DNA of 64,000 nucleotides from IMG/VR virus record IMGVR_UViG_3300045256_000094. One strand, 5' to 3'. This DNA comes from a virus. Made by a program: the position numbers and the translations under genes. Positions within the stretch are counted from its first letter, which is position 1, and every line of letters begins with the position of its first letter. This document shows positions 38,470 through 47,984 of this stretch, piece after piece. The notes under the pieces were generated by a model, which searched no databases, was not told the DNA's origin, and worked only from the letters and a program-made list of their open reading frames with translations.

Positions 38470-38594
38470 GATGAACCTCCGACAACGAAGCGGGCGAAGA
38501 CCGAACCAGTATACCGTAAACTTTGGATGTGAAAAGGAGAGGGGCGGAATTTCTCCCGCCCCTCTCCCTGCTATAGCTCCCGTCGTTGGGAGTA

Positions 38595-39515
38595 TCACTT
38601 CAACCAGATGCCGTCGAAGTGTTTGTTGAGGAAATCCCTCATTTCTTTGGCGTCAGGTGAGTTCCTAAGTGCATCAAGATACTTCTCTTGCTTGTCATAC
38701 TTGAACTCCTTCAGGTCTTTGCCGGACATGAACACGTCGTAGCTCCGCTTCAGGTGCCAGTGAACAAATCTCTTGAACTGAACATTGGTCTTCCAGTATT
38801 CAGGGTCGTGCTTCTCGGCAGCCATCGCCACCGCAGTTCCGTAGACAGAGAACTCCAGCGGACCCGAAACAGCATCGGACCACTGCCCATTGTGTTTCCC
38901 GATCTTGGTGTCCTCGACGTTGACGCTGGCCCCGTTCACATAGGCAACCCACTCATCAAAGATGTACAGTGGGCGGTCGTCCCACGCCTGCTGTCCCGTG
39001 ACGTAGGTCGGATAGCGGAAGCCGTGGAGGGACTTCGGCACGAAGGGAATGATCGCACTCTTCTTAAACTTCGGCTCGTAGATCACGACGCCTTTGCCGT
39101 GCATGACGTAGAAGCCGTTGACCTTCGTGGAGTCCGGGTGGCCGTTGCGGATGTCGGCGTTGATGCCGTGGGTCGATTCGTGAGCGTTCGTGTCACGGTC
39201 GGCACGGGTGAACGGGCGGCGTGCCCGGTTCATGATGTCGGCGTACAGCGAATCTTCTCGATAGGCTTGCGTCACCGTCTTGACTTCAATGAACTCCGGC
39301 TCAGGAATCTTAGGGGCTGCCGGTGGCGTCCCCTCCTCTGGCCGGGCGTTGATCGGGCTGCTGAACTCTTCAAACGGCTCGACCGGCATTGTTGGCGGGG
39401 CGTTCTCCGTGAGCGACGGTGTACGACTCCCATACAGTTTGTAAATGGCGAGGTTGATGTTGACTGCAAAAGAGAGCAAGACAACCATCAACAGATTGCT
39501 CTTGATAGACATCAA
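38595..39515 (-). CDS. membrane-anchored/secreted hypothetical protein
   Basis: N-terminal hydrophobic segment MMSIKSNLLMVVLLSFAVNINLAIY; 306 aa. Confidence 0.5.
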   Translation of the reverse strand: MMSIKSNLLMVVLLSFAVNINLAIYKLYGSRTPSLTENAPPTMPVEPFEEFSSPINARPEEGTPPAAPKIPEPEFIEVKTVTQAYREDSLYADIMNRARRPFTRADRDTNAHESTHGINADIRNGHPDSTKVNGFYVMHGKGVVIYEPKFKKSAIIPFVPKSLHGFRYPTYVTGQQAWDDRPLYIFDEWVAYVNGASVNVEDTKIGKHNGQWSDAVSGPLEFSVYGTAVAMAAEKHDPEYWKTNVQFKRFVHWHLKRSYDVFMSGKDLKEFKYDKQEKYLDALRNSPDAKEMRDFLNKHFDGIWLK

Positions 39516-39701
39516 GAGTTATCTATAGTTTAACAACCACCATCTCGACCGAGTTCCAGGCAGTTTCTTCCAGGGTCACTCTGTAACCCATTTCGAGGAG
39601 CTTGGTGTGAAGTGCGCCGTCGTAAGGAATGCAGACCCGGATGTCCGGGCTAAGTCCTGCGTCCATAAGGGCTTTGATGAACAGGACAGTATCTTGAAAA
39701 G

Positions 39702-40295
39702 TCAAAATCCCTCTTCTTTCCAGTTCACCTTCTCTCTCGGCTCACTGACTTTCTTGAATGTGTTTACTTCGTCGTCCACGGCGATGCGGACGAATTGAGG
39801 CGGCATGACGACCGGGGCAGAGTTAACGAACCCGAACCGAGACAGGCGGCTGCGGCGGTTCTCGTACCGATCCATCTCCCGCTGGTACTCTCGCTCGTTA
39901 CTGGTGCGAACCGGCCTCTCGTTCATGACTTCCCGGAAGAAGGTATTAGAGTTATGCGCCCATTCGCCCATCATCTCTCGGCGGAACCGCTCGGACTGCT
40001 CCCGGAAATTCCGCTGGGATTCAGTCTCGTTGCTCCGAAGGTTCTGTAAGACGGCCTTGATCGAGGCCAACAGGCTCGCACCGCTTTCATCCTGCCGAGT
40101 CAGCGTGCGGTCCTGGTAGGCAACAATCCGGTCGGAGACGGCTTCCCTCAATCGGAAGTCCCGTCTCCCGCCGTACTCGTTAGATAGGATTGATAAGGCT
40201 TGGTTCTGGTCGCCGGACGTGCCGACTTCCCGCCACTCGCCGTTGAACATCACTTCCATGCGATACCTGTACCAAATGTCGTCGTTGTAGCTCAT
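39702..40295 (-). CDS. hypothetical protein (Arg/Glu-rich) ending ...REKVNWKEEGF
   Basis: 197 aa; member of the WxxEGF group. Confidence 0.5.
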   Translation of the reverse strand: MSYNDDIWYRYRMEVMFNGEWREVGTSGDQNQALSILSNEYGGRRDFRLREAVSDRIVAYQDRTLTRQDESGASLLASIKAVLQNLRSNETESQRNFREQSERFRREMMGEWAHNSNTFFREVMNERPVRTSNEREYQREMDRYENRRSRLSRFGFVNSAPVVMPPQFVRIAVDDEVNTFKKVSEPREKVNWKEEGF

Positions 40296-41086
40296 GCCAA
40301 GTAGGTATGCACCTGCTCCAATACCGACTCGACCCTGGCGATGTCGAACTTGTCGGCCTCGTCCCGGACCTTCGTCTCCATGTCAATCCAGAACGGCGTC
40401 TCGCCTACAACGTCGCCGATCTTCTTCAGAATCTCGACCACGTTGTCAGGCCCGATCCCGCCTGCGTACCCGCACTGCACGCCCTCTGCCGGAGGGTGCC
40501 ACGTCTTCGGCTGCTTACCCTTCCCGCCGCTCACGTCGTAGAGCATGTGGAACTGAAACAACTCCTCCGGCCCGGCCGGACCCGGCTTGTCGTCGTCGAA
40601 GCGGTAGTGCTTCAGGTACTCGTCCCGCAAGTTCTTGTTGATGAGGGCCAACCACTCATGCCGCTGGAAGGCACGCTTGGTCTGGAGGATGATCGAGGGG
40701 CAGAAGTCCAACTCGATGCCCTGACCGGCCCGGTAGGTGTCGAGCAACTTCTGGAAGTCCAACGCCATGAACGTGTCGTCAGTCATGTTGACCTGGAGAC
40801 GCCCGTAGCTGTCGAACTCCTCTTCACCGAAGGTGAACTTCCCCTTAACGAACTCGGTCGTCCACTGGCCGCAGATGTGCGCAGCCAGCGGCAGGTCGTC
40901 CCGCTCGTCCCAATAGGCTTGCAGGTTGCTCGTCCACTCAGGGCCGGGGTAGCGTCCGCTGCCCTGCTTGTTCTTGGAAAAGAGGATGGCCCACTCGACA
41001 AGCGGGTACTTGTCGGTGAGGGCACCGAGTTGTTCCGGGGTAACGGCCTCGTCAGCCCCGGTAATCGTAACACGCTTGAGCTTCAT
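40292..41086 (-). CDS. TIM-barrel protein, phosphoribosylanthranilate-isomerase-like
   Basis: VTITGADE...AHICG...MLYDVSGGKGKQPKTW...GYAGGIGPDNVVEILKKI resembles the TrpF fold motifs. Confidence 0.4.
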   Translation of the reverse strand: MKLKRVTITGADEAVTPEQLGALTDKYPLVEWAILFSKNKQGSGRYPGPEWTSNLQAYWDERDDLPLAAHICGQWTTEFVKGKFTFGEEEFDSYGRLQVNMTDDTFMALDFQKLLDTYRAGQGIELDFCPSIILQTKRAFQRHEWLALINKNLRDEYLKHYRFDDDKPGPAGPEELFQFHMLYDVSGGKGKQPKTWHPPAEGVQCGYAGGIGPDNVVEILKKIGDVVGETPFWIDMETKVRDEADKFDIARVESVLEQVHTYLA

Positions 41087-41113
41087 GTCGCATCCTCCAG
41101 ATGCCACAATCTA

Positions 41114-41389
41114 TCACAACAGGTTGGCGGTGTCCACAGTAACACGACGGCCGTGAACGATAGACGGCGACGGCAGGTCAATCGTTGCACGGTTGCCCTG
41201 GGAGCCGTACTCCTTGACCTTCAAGAACCCCTCGGCGGGGAGTTTCTTGTTACTGCTCTTGAAGACGACGTTATCAAACGGGGTTTTGATTTCGAAAGGA
41301 GTTCCGTCAACCAGGGTGGACTTCACCAAATAATGCTTCTCGGTTTCGGACTCGTGGATGGTGCAGCTTAGTCTGCGATCTTTAGTCAT
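41114..41389 (-). CDS. hypothetical protein
   Basis: 91-aa ORF. Confidence 0.4.
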   Translation of the reverse strand: MTKDRRLSCTIHESETEKHYLVKSTLVDGTPFEIKTPFDNVVFKSSNKKLPAEGFLKVKEYGSQGNRATIDLPSPSIVHGRRVTVDTANLL

Positions 41390-41556
41390 AAAAATACCTC
41401 ACTGCCCATAGAGTAGTGACCTAAAGAAGAAACCCAGGCTAGTGCCTGGGTTTCTGGGCCTGGGATACGATCCCAGGCGGGGTAGTGGAGACGGTCGGAC
41501 TCGCACCGACATTTCCGAGCGGCCCGTGGGCTTTGACTCGGCGGATTACTTTATGC

Positions 41557-41997
41557 CTACGTCCCCTCTGGTCTGCCCGCCTTCCCCTTGCTCCGGTTCT
41601 GGAGGTTCAAGTAGAAAGCAAAGGTCTGGCGGTTCGGAACCGACTTGTTGCCGTCGATGCCCCTGAACACCAGCTTTAGTTTAGTGTTGTCGTTCTCATA
41701 TGGCAAGATGTCTTTCAACCGGGAAAGCACGCTCGCAATGAACGGCCATGTGCCGGTGATCCGAATCCCGTCCTCACCATACGACGACTTGCTCGGCCCG
41801 CCTTCGTTGCCATCCTTCATCGGCTGGATGTAAACGGGCAGGTCCGGGCGTAGTTTCTTCCAGATGTCGAGAATTTCCGCCTTCTTGGCAGACCAACTCT
41901 GGTGCGAGACGCCTTGAACGCCCGCACCAGAGTCGAATGCCTGTTGAGCGAACTCGACGAACTCCTGTTGCTCGAAGAACTCCTTGAAACTACCCAT
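41557..41997 (-). CDS. hypothetical protein with N-terminal MGSFKEFFEQQEF
   Basis: 146 aa; member of the N-terminal FKEF group. Confidence 0.5.
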   Translation of the reverse strand: MGSFKEFFEQQEFVEFAQQAFDSGAGVQGVSHQSWSAKKAEILDIWKKLRPDLPVYIQPMKDGNEGGPSKSSYGEDGIRITGTWPFIASVLSRLKDILPYENDNTKLKLVFRGIDGNKSVPNRQTFAFYLNLQNRSKGKAGRPEGT

Positions 41998-42005
41998 GCC
42001 AGTAT

Positions 42006-42452
42006 TTAGCTGGCACGGATTTGTTTCACGGCTGCCCCGACGGTATTTCCGTCAACGGCGAGGTTCTTCCCCTTCAGGAGCTTCATCGCCACGCCCGTCG
42101 CCTGCCCGTCGGACTTCGCCGCCTTGATGTCGCCCTGGACGGAAGCGAGTTCCGCCAGGACTTGATCGAGGGACAGCATCACCGGCAGGTAGCCCGTCAG
42201 GATCACGTTCTCCTGCGTCAGCTTGGCGTGCCGGGGGTCGGTCGTCGGCAGGTGCCCCAGCGACTCCGTGTTGCCCTCGATGGCCTTACGGATGACGCCG
42301 AACACCATCTCGTCGGTCGCCGTCTTGCTCTGGCGGATCGCCAGTGACTCGGTTTCGGCGACCACGACCTTCAGCGTGTCCCGGCGCACCGTGTCGCCGA
42401 ACTTCATTGCGGCCGTGATCTCAGCCCGCATCTGCTCGATCAACTTGCTCAT
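42006..42452 (-). CDS. GatB/YqeY-domain protein
   Basis: MSKLIEQMRAEITAAMKFGDTVRRDTLKVVVAE. Shares an ATGA overlap with the upstream CCA-enzyme stop. Confidence 0.62.
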   Translation of the reverse strand: MSKLIEQMRAEITAAMKFGDTVRRDTLKVVVAETESLAIRQSKTATDEMVFGVIRKAIEGNTESLGHLPTTDPRHAKLTQENVILTGYLPVMLSLDQVLAELASVQGDIKAAKSDGQATGVAMKLLKGKNLAVDGNTVGAAVKQIRAS

Positions 42453-43696
42453 GTCATCAGCCTCCGATCTTCGAGGTAGTGGTTCACCTGGAGTTCCCTG
42501 ATCTTCTTCCCCATCTCCGGCCCAGGGGCAATCCCGTACTTCTCCTGCACTTCCGCCCCGGTGATCTCCGGGAGTTCGTACACGCACAGGTGTTCGAGCC
42601 GTTCCGGGCAGAACGGGACGATCTTCGAGAACTCCGTCAAGCTCTCCCGGAACCCCGGCCTGTTACGCAAGGCCAGGGACGCCTTCACCATGTCGTCCAT
42701 CTTCGGCTCGGACGCACGGCAGGCGTTGTTCGTTTCCACCAAGAAGGCCACCAGATCGAACACATCGGCGGGCCACTTGGCTTCGAGGAGCTTGGCCTTC
42801 ACCAAATTCCCCTTCGGCACGTCGCTCAGAATCACCCCTAACACGACGCTCGGGTTCTTACAGTTCCCGACCTGTGCAGCGTGTGCCCGGCTGTGGTTCA
42901 GTTCGGGCAGCACTTCGTCCATCAGGCCCAGCCCGTACAGGTTGAGCAAGTACGAACGAGTCCTGACCGACTGCTTCAGCCCGGCAAGGAACTCCTGCTG
43001 GATACGCTCCTTGCTGATCGGCTGGAGGGTGCGCTGCCCCAGGTGGTGCGGGCAGGGCTGGTTCAGACGCCGGTAGTAGTCCAGAGCCGAGTAGGTCTGG
43101 TCAGTCAACTGGCCGTCGCCCTCTTGCAGCACCGTGTCGTTGAACCGGGAGAAGAACCGAACCAACCGCAAGATGCGGAGCCGGTCTTCACCGAGTCGCC
43201 TCCACGGATCGCCGATGGTGCGGACGTGCTTGAACATCACGTCGTTGATCCCGCACGAGTAGTCGAGGACTTCCCCGCTCCCGATGTCGTAGAACAACCC
43301 GTTGATGGTCAGGTCACGCCGGTAGTGATCGGCCTCTAGGTCACGGGTGTAAGTCACCTTGTCCGGGTGACGCCCGTCCCCGTCGGCCCCGTCGCTCCGC
43401 ATGGTGGCGATCTCGAAGTCCTCGCCGTCCAGGTGCGCCACCATGACCCCGAACGCCTCGCCCTTCTCGAAGCAGCGGATGTTGGCTTTCTTCAGTACAT
43501 CCGCTACCTCGAACGGCACGGCGTCAGTCACCACGTCCACGTCCTTCGACTTGAAAGGAAGGCCGTGAAAGCGAGCCAGGAGGAAGTCCCGGACGTAGCC
43601 GCCGACAGCGTAGAACCCGAACCCGGCGTCCTTGAAGACCTTGTGGAGCTTCTGGACGGGCTTGGGGACCGGGATGTCGAACTTGTGTCGTTGCAT
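42449..43696 (-). CDS. tRNA nucleotidyltransferase (CCA-adding enzyme)/poly(A) polymerase family with HD domain
   Basis: FYAVGGYVRDFLL...DVDVVT...GRHPD...RRDLTINGLFYD. Confidence 0.85.
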   Translation of the reverse strand: MQRHKFDIPVPKPVQKLHKVFKDAGFGFYAVGGYVRDFLLARFHGLPFKSKDVDVVTDAVPFEVADVLKKANIRCFEKGEAFGVMVAHLDGEDFEIATMRSDGADGDGRHPDKVTYTRDLEADHYRRDLTINGLFYDIGSGEVLDYSCGINDVMFKHVRTIGDPWRRLGEDRLRILRLVRFFSRFNDTVLQEGDGQLTDQTYSALDYYRRLNQPCPHHLGQRTLQPISKERIQQEFLAGLKQSVRTRSYLLNLYGLGLMDEVLPELNHSRAHAAQVGNCKNPSVVLGVILSDVPKGNLVKAKLLEAKWPADVFDLVAFLVETNNACRASEPKMDDMVKASLALRNRPGFRESLTEFSKIVPFCPERLEHLCVYELPEITGAEVQEKYGIAPGPEMGKKIRELQVNHYLEDRRLMT

Positions 43697-43744
43697 GGCT
43701 ACCTCCTCGCATTACAGACATTGTAACAGATGCGGGGTTCGCTG

Positions 43745-43780
43745 TAAAAGAAGAACACCGCCCGGTTTCCCAGGCGGTGT
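43745..43780 (-). terminator. rho-independent terminator (minus strand)
   Basis: acaccgcc / ggcggtgt stem followed on the minus strand by TCTTCTTTT. Confidence 0.4.
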
Positions 43781-44051
43781 CACGGAGTTTGTTCCCGGAG
43801 GGCACAACTGAGTTGCCAGTGAGGCTTTCGCCTCAAAGTGCCAACAGTTTGAAAGAATAAGGTTTGAAGCTTACAGTTTGACCCTTGACCACTTTAACGG
43901 TGCGGTAGGCTGTTGACGTTCGGCCTTTGAAGTAAAGGACCGCATGACCGTTTGCCGCTGTCTTGGGGTTCGGGTGTTAGCCCACGATTATTGTAGCTCA
44001 AACCCGTCAGCCGCCCTCCGGGACTCCTAACGCCGGTCGCCCGGCGTGTTC

Positions 44052-44513
44052 TCACTCAACGTCGGTGACGTTGATCTTTGTGTTGGCGTTGTGGGCATCG
44101 ACCTTGCCCTGGAGTTCGTCGATCTGGGCCGTCAGGTCGGCCACCTGCTTGTCCCGGTCCGCCTTGCGGATTTCGGCGACGTACTTCACCACCTGCCCCG
44201 TCCCGTAGCGGTCGGTCACGTTCCCGTGGACGACGCTCAGCCGGTTGAGGAAGGCGATCTTGCCCTTCAACTCGCTCAGCCGCAGGATGGTCGGCATGAC
44301 CGGGAGCGTGGCCTTCTGGATCGCCAGCTTCAGTTCGATCAGGTGATCGACCAGCTTCTCACGCCGGGCGATGTTGTCGGCGATGCTGCCGACAAGCTCC
44401 CGCTCCGAACCCTCGACCACCGAGTTGTACGCAGCGATGTCGTTCTCGACCTTGCTGATCTTTTCCTTCACCCGCTTGATGTAGCGGAGGCCACGAGCCA
44501 GTGTCATTTCCAT
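44052..44513 (-). CDS. hypothetical protein
   Basis: 153-aa ORF. Confidence 0.45.
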   Translation of the reverse strand: MEMTLARGLRYIKRVKEKISKVENDIAAYNSVVEGSERELVGSIADNIARREKLVDHLIELKLAIQKATLPVMPTILRLSELKGKIAFLNRLSVVHGNVTDRYGTGQVVKYVAEIRKADRDKQVADLTAQIDELQGKVDAHNANTKINVTDVE

Positions 44514-44534
44514 TCTGTTCTCCTTGTGTTTCCC

Positions 44535-45011
44535 TTACCGATGTTTCGCTTCGAGGATATCAGCGGGGCTGCTGACATGCAACTCGAAATGATGACGGGT
44601 CGCCCCGTCCCGCTTGTGATACTGCTTGGCCCACATCGGGGCACCCTTCTCCACGTCGCAGATCACGATCTCGTCTGCGGTGGAGGTAGCGGTTAGCTGA
44701 TACCGCTGCATCTTCTTGTTGGCTTGGTCGTAGGTGTAGACGCTGTAGCTGTACGTCGTCTTCTCGATCCCTACGATGTTCTTGATCTCGATCTCGTCCG
44801 GCCGCTGGATGATCGAGACGTTCTCGACTTCCGCTTTGACCTTCGGAGTGGGGCTTCCACAGCCCGAGGCGCACACCGCTCCGATGAACATGCCACCGAT
44901 TCCTGCGATCAGTACAGCGGCACGCACCGAAATCTCCCGCATCAACATCGGATGCTCGTGGATAGTGTGCGACTTAGTGAAATTTCGGGAAGACCAGTTT
45001 CGGAGAGACAA
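44535..45011 (-). CDS. putative lipoprotein/secreted protein
   Basis: Hydrophobic signal AAVLIAGIGGMFIGAVCASGCGSP with a lipobox-like ASGC. Confidence 0.45.
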   Translation of the reverse strand: MSLRNWSSRNFTKSHTIHEHPMLMREISVRAAVLIAGIGGMFIGAVCASGCGSPTPKVKAEVENVSIIQRPDEIEIKNIVGIEKTTYSYSVYTYDQANKKMQRYQLTATSTADEIVICDVEKGAPMWAKQYHKRDGATRHHFELHVSSPADILEAKHR

Positions 45012-45285
45012 CCCAGCCTACACGGCCTCCACCTTACGGCTTCAGCCTCGGCCAGATGTGAGTTCCACGGTACGGTCCCAGGTATTGCTACCTGGGGTGC
45101 CGTCGTTCGGCACGCTTGTCGCACACCCTTGCGGGGTACAGTACCCTAGCTATTACGCTTTGGGATCAAGCTCGCTATCACCCTTACGGTGTTCGCAACC
45201 TTAGACTCGTCAAGATGTAATCCCTCTACCTGTACCTGATTCATCACCAAGTACAAGCATCCTTGCGGACAGCATTCTTCCCGAG

Positions 45286-45356
45286 TAGCCCCTACAGGAG
45301 TCGAACCTGTTCGACCTCTTTAGGAAAGAGGCACGCTTCCGTCACATCCAGGGGCC
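45286..45356 (-). tRNA. tRNA-Arg (anticodon CCU)
   Basis: Hand-folded 71-nt cloverleaf: acceptor GGCCCCU/AGGGGCU, anticodon arm CCUCU-UUCCUAA-AGAGG, T-arm ACAGG-UUCGACU-CCUGU. The D-stem has two G·U pairs. Confidence 0.55.
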
Positions 45357-45462
45357 ATGCACTAAACCCTGTTTTGCCTCCCTGGGGGATGTGCAGTGCC
45401 GTGATACGGCTCCCCCAGGGAGGCTCAAGGGGAAGGAAACCCTCCCTTGATCCTTAACAGAG

Positions 45463-45792
45463 TTAAGTCTTGACGCAGAATCCGGTTCTCGGCCCGGTCG
45501 GCGTCTCTACCACTCGCCTCGGACATCCATACTGGATGAGCGCCCGAACGGCGATGGCAGCAACCTTACGCAACTGATCGAGTGCCGGTTCGTCGCCCGC
45601 ACTCAGGGTCCAGGCGTCTTCCGCCTTGCGGACGTAAGTCGCCAGAGTCACCAGTTGCCCTTCGACGCCGTGGTCCCGTGCGTCGGCTCGGCCGCTGCCC
45701 TTGAGGGTTGACTGGTAAGCCAACTCCTCATTGATCGCTTCAATCACTTCCGGGGTCATCGTGACCAGCGGAAGTCCTGTCGTGTTTCCCAT
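45463..45792 (-). CDS. hypothetical protein
   Basis: ORF trimmed to the Met (MGNTTGLPL) at 45792. Confidence 0.4.
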   Translation of the reverse strand: MGNTTGLPLVTMTPEVIEAINEELAYQSTLKGSGRADARDHGVEGQLVTLATYVRKAEDAWTLSAGDEPALDQLRKVAAIAVRALIQYGCPRRVVETPTGPRTGFCVKT

Positions 45793-45814
45793 ACTACATC
45801 CTTGTAGCTCGTTT

Positions 45815-45900
45815 GTAAAGAGTCGCCGGGTGGAGTCGAACCACTTAGCAGTGGTTTTGCAGACCACCGGCCCACCCCGAGCCTTTCGCTTCCGACGACC
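45815..45900 (-). ncRNA. tRNA-like element (T-arm GUGG-UUCGACU-CCAC, anticodon-like arm GUGGU-CUGCAAA-ACCAC); does not fold as a canonical tRNA
   Basis: An intergenic GGAGTCGAACC signature lies on the plus strand; the D region is too long for a standard cloverleaf. Confidence 0.25.
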
Positions 45901-46106
45901 TACTCTGTTCTTGGCTTAACCACCAGTGCTACCAGCTTGTCGCCGCACCACGCCGGTGCCCGAAGCATAGTCCACTGGTCGTGCGGATAGTGAGTGTTCA
46001 GTTTCGAGTACAAATCCGGCTCACTATCCGCCACCACGAACTCGGTGTCAATCCGTCGGCCTAGTCCTTGCAACTCTTCCAGGGTGATCGGCTGCCAGGA
46101 CATCAC
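45900..46106 (-). CDS. hypothetical protein
   Basis: MSWQPITLEELQGLGRRIDTEF...; the Met at 46106 overlaps the stop of the DUF2934 gene by ATGA. Confidence 0.35.
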   Translation of the reverse strand: MMSWQPITLEELQGLGRRIDTEFVVADSEPDLYSKLNTHYPHDQWTMLRAPAWCGDKLVALVVKPRTE

Positions 46107-46327
46107 TTCGCCGCTACACGGACACAGCCGTTGCTCGTAGGTTCGCCGAATTCCTCCACGGCCTCGTCGAGCGTGGCGTCCAGGGCGTCGGAGAACTCCT
46201 CGTCGAACTCGGACTCGGCCTGAAGCCAGAAGTCCACCCCGTCGCCCGGCGGGCTGCCAGCCTCTTCCCAGAGTTGGTAGGCCCGGACCCGGATCACATC
46301 TTCCCGACTCGTAACGACCTGCGACAT
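46103..46327 (-). CDS. DUF2934-family small protein
   Basis: VIRVRAYQLWEEAGSPPGDGVDFWLQAESEF. Confidence 0.5.
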   Translation of the reverse strand: MSQVVTSREDVIRVRAYQLWEEAGSPPGDGVDFWLQAESEFDEEFSDALDATLDEAVEEFGEPTSNGCVRVAAK

Positions 46328-46523
46328 GATTTGTTCTCCAAGACCCGATGGTTTTCCCGACATCGGTGAGGAGTTTATACCCGAAATCCAAGTCTGCGGC
46401 AAGAGTATTTACCGACGAGTGCAACTTTTTCGTCCGAAACCCGCCCCTCCGAAAAAACGAGAAACAGGCATAAAAAAATTCCGGGCAGCTTTCCTAACTA
46501 ATAGCAGCATTAGTGAGGTAAAA

Positions 46524-47402
46524 AACATGTACAGTTCGTTCCAAGAGTTCGTTCAAATTCGTGAAGCCAGAACTTGCGAGTCTTACTTAAACGCAGCCGC
46601 CTGGGCCATTAAAGAACAAGCCGAGGAAGTGGGCTTTGAGCTTGTCTTCGACAGCTTCGCAGAGTCCGTCGCACTCGTTTCCCCGGAAACCACCGAGAAG
46701 CAACTTCTTCAAGAGTTCTTGAGCAACCTGCTCAAGAAGGCCGGGAACATGGTCGGCCTGGGTGGACGGCCTCAACAGCCTGCCGCTCCTGCTAAGCCAG
46801 CCGGTCCGCAACTGAACCAAGACCAGATCATGAAGTTCAAGGGTGCCGCTCAGACCGTGAGCCAAGCCATCCAGAACGCCATGATGGCCGTCAACCAGAA
46901 GATCGCTCAGAACAAGGACAAGTACAGCTACGCTGTCATGCACGCCGTCCAGAACTCGATCCAGAAACTACTCCAGAAAGTCCAAACCGATCCGCAGTCC
47001 CTCGTGAAGCAAGCCGGTCAGGACTTCACCAACGGTATGAACACCGCCTTCGCTGGTGCCAACCCGCAGGCACAGGCTTCGACGGGCGACCGTTACAACT
47101 CCCTCAGCGAGCCGATGAAGCAACGCTACGCTCAGATGATCGCAAAGCAGATCGGTGCCACCGGCCAGGAAGCCGCAGTCGCCAACCTGCTGAACGCTGG
47201 TTTCACCAAGCCGGAGCAGATCAAGCAGCAGTTGATGAACGCTGGCAAGTTGCAGAACCCGCTGGGTGCAAACGCCAACGGCGCAACACAAGACATGGAC
47301 CCGGCATACAAGGCCAAGCTCGCAAGCATGGCAGGTCAGCCGACCCCGGCACGACCCGTGGCACGCCCAGGAGCAACAGCCACCCCGACCGCAGCAGTCT
47401 AA
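46524..47402 (+). CDS. Gln/Ala-rich hypothetical protein with N-terminal MYSSFQEF (possible scaffold or internal virion protein)
   Basis: A GTGAGGT ribosome-binding site sits upstream of the MYSSFQEF Met; the ORF is open from 46326. Confidence 0.5.
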   Translation, partial: NMYSSFQEFVQIREARTCESYLNAAAWAIKEQAEEVGFELVFDSFAESVALVSPETTEKQLLQEFLSNLLKKAGNMVGLGGRPQQPAAPAKPAGPQLNQDQIMKFKGAAQTVSQAIQNAMMAVNQKIAQNKDKYSYAVMHAVQNSIQKLLQKVQTDPQSLVKQAGQDFTNGMNTAFAGANPQAQASTGDRYNSLSEPMKQRYAQMIAKQIGATGQEAAVANLLNAGFTKPEQIKQQLMNAGKLQNPLGANANGATQDMDPAYKAKLASMAGQPTPARPVARPGATATPTAAV

Positions 47403-47456
47403 GTAACATCCCCACACTAATGCAGAAGACCCAGGCAAACGCCTGGGTCTTTCTTT

Positions 47457-47984
47457 TTACGGCTCGTCGATACACTCGCAGTGAAGATGGGCGTTCGGGT
47501 CCGGCTCGTCCTGCCCCGTCTCGAAAAGTTCCCGTGCTGCCGTCAGCACTTGACCGAGCCAGTTCTTCCCTCGCCACGTCGCCCGGTCCTGGGCCTTCGG
47601 GTCGTCTTCCTTCAACCCGATCCCCCAAATCTTATCGTAGGGGCTGGCCTCCACCAGCGTAGTGCCCTTCGTCGCCAGCAGTTTTTCCAACAAGTCCGGG
47701 TTCTGTTTGAACTTGGCGAGGTTGCCCCGCAGCACCACGTCACGGGCCACGCCCTCCCACTTGCCCTGGTCGAACGGCGTGACCTGACGACCGAGTGCCT
47801 TCTGGGCCTTCGGGCTGGTCGTTTCCAGAATCTTCTTGGCGGTTTCCTTGTCACCGAAGAAGAGAGCCTTCTGGTGCATCATGTATTGCTCGGCGCAGTT
47901 GTACTCCACGCCATCGACCGTGAACTTGCAACGGTGCCACTGCGAAAACGGCCCGCTCCAAAAGAACGTGAACTTCTCAGACAT
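47457..47984 (-). CDS. NADAR-family protein (YbiA-like N-glycosidase / ADP-ribose processing)
   Basis: FFWSGPFSQWHRCKFTVDGVEYNCAEQYMMHQKALFFGD. Confidence 0.78.
   Translation of the reverse strand: MSEKFTFFWSGPFSQWHRCKFTVDGVEYNCAEQYMMHQKALFFGDKETAKKILETTSPKAQKALGRQVTPFDQGKWEGVARDVVLRGNLAKFKQNPDLLEKLLATKGTTLVEASPYDKIWGIGLKEDDPKAQDRATWRGKNWLGQVLTAARELFETGQDEPDPNAHLHCECIDEP

Noticed and set aside
41431-41480. Two adjacent GC-rich hairpins (aaacccagg…cctgggttt and cctggg-atacgat-cccagg) considered as a tRNA
   Set aside because: The loops are not T-psi-C-like and no acceptor or anticodon arms could be formed. They more likely form a bidirectional terminator between 41389 and 41557.
46360-46385. 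Apparent 1-nt discrepancy (4 C's in the printed text versus 3 implied by both overlapping ORF-track translations), considered as a possible real frameshift or pseudogene
   Set aside because: It is most likely a reading or formatting inconsistency. Both ORF-track proteins (DUF2934 and 45900-46424) are intact in the track. No biological claim is made; hand-derived coordinates are quoted with ±1-3 nt uncertainty.
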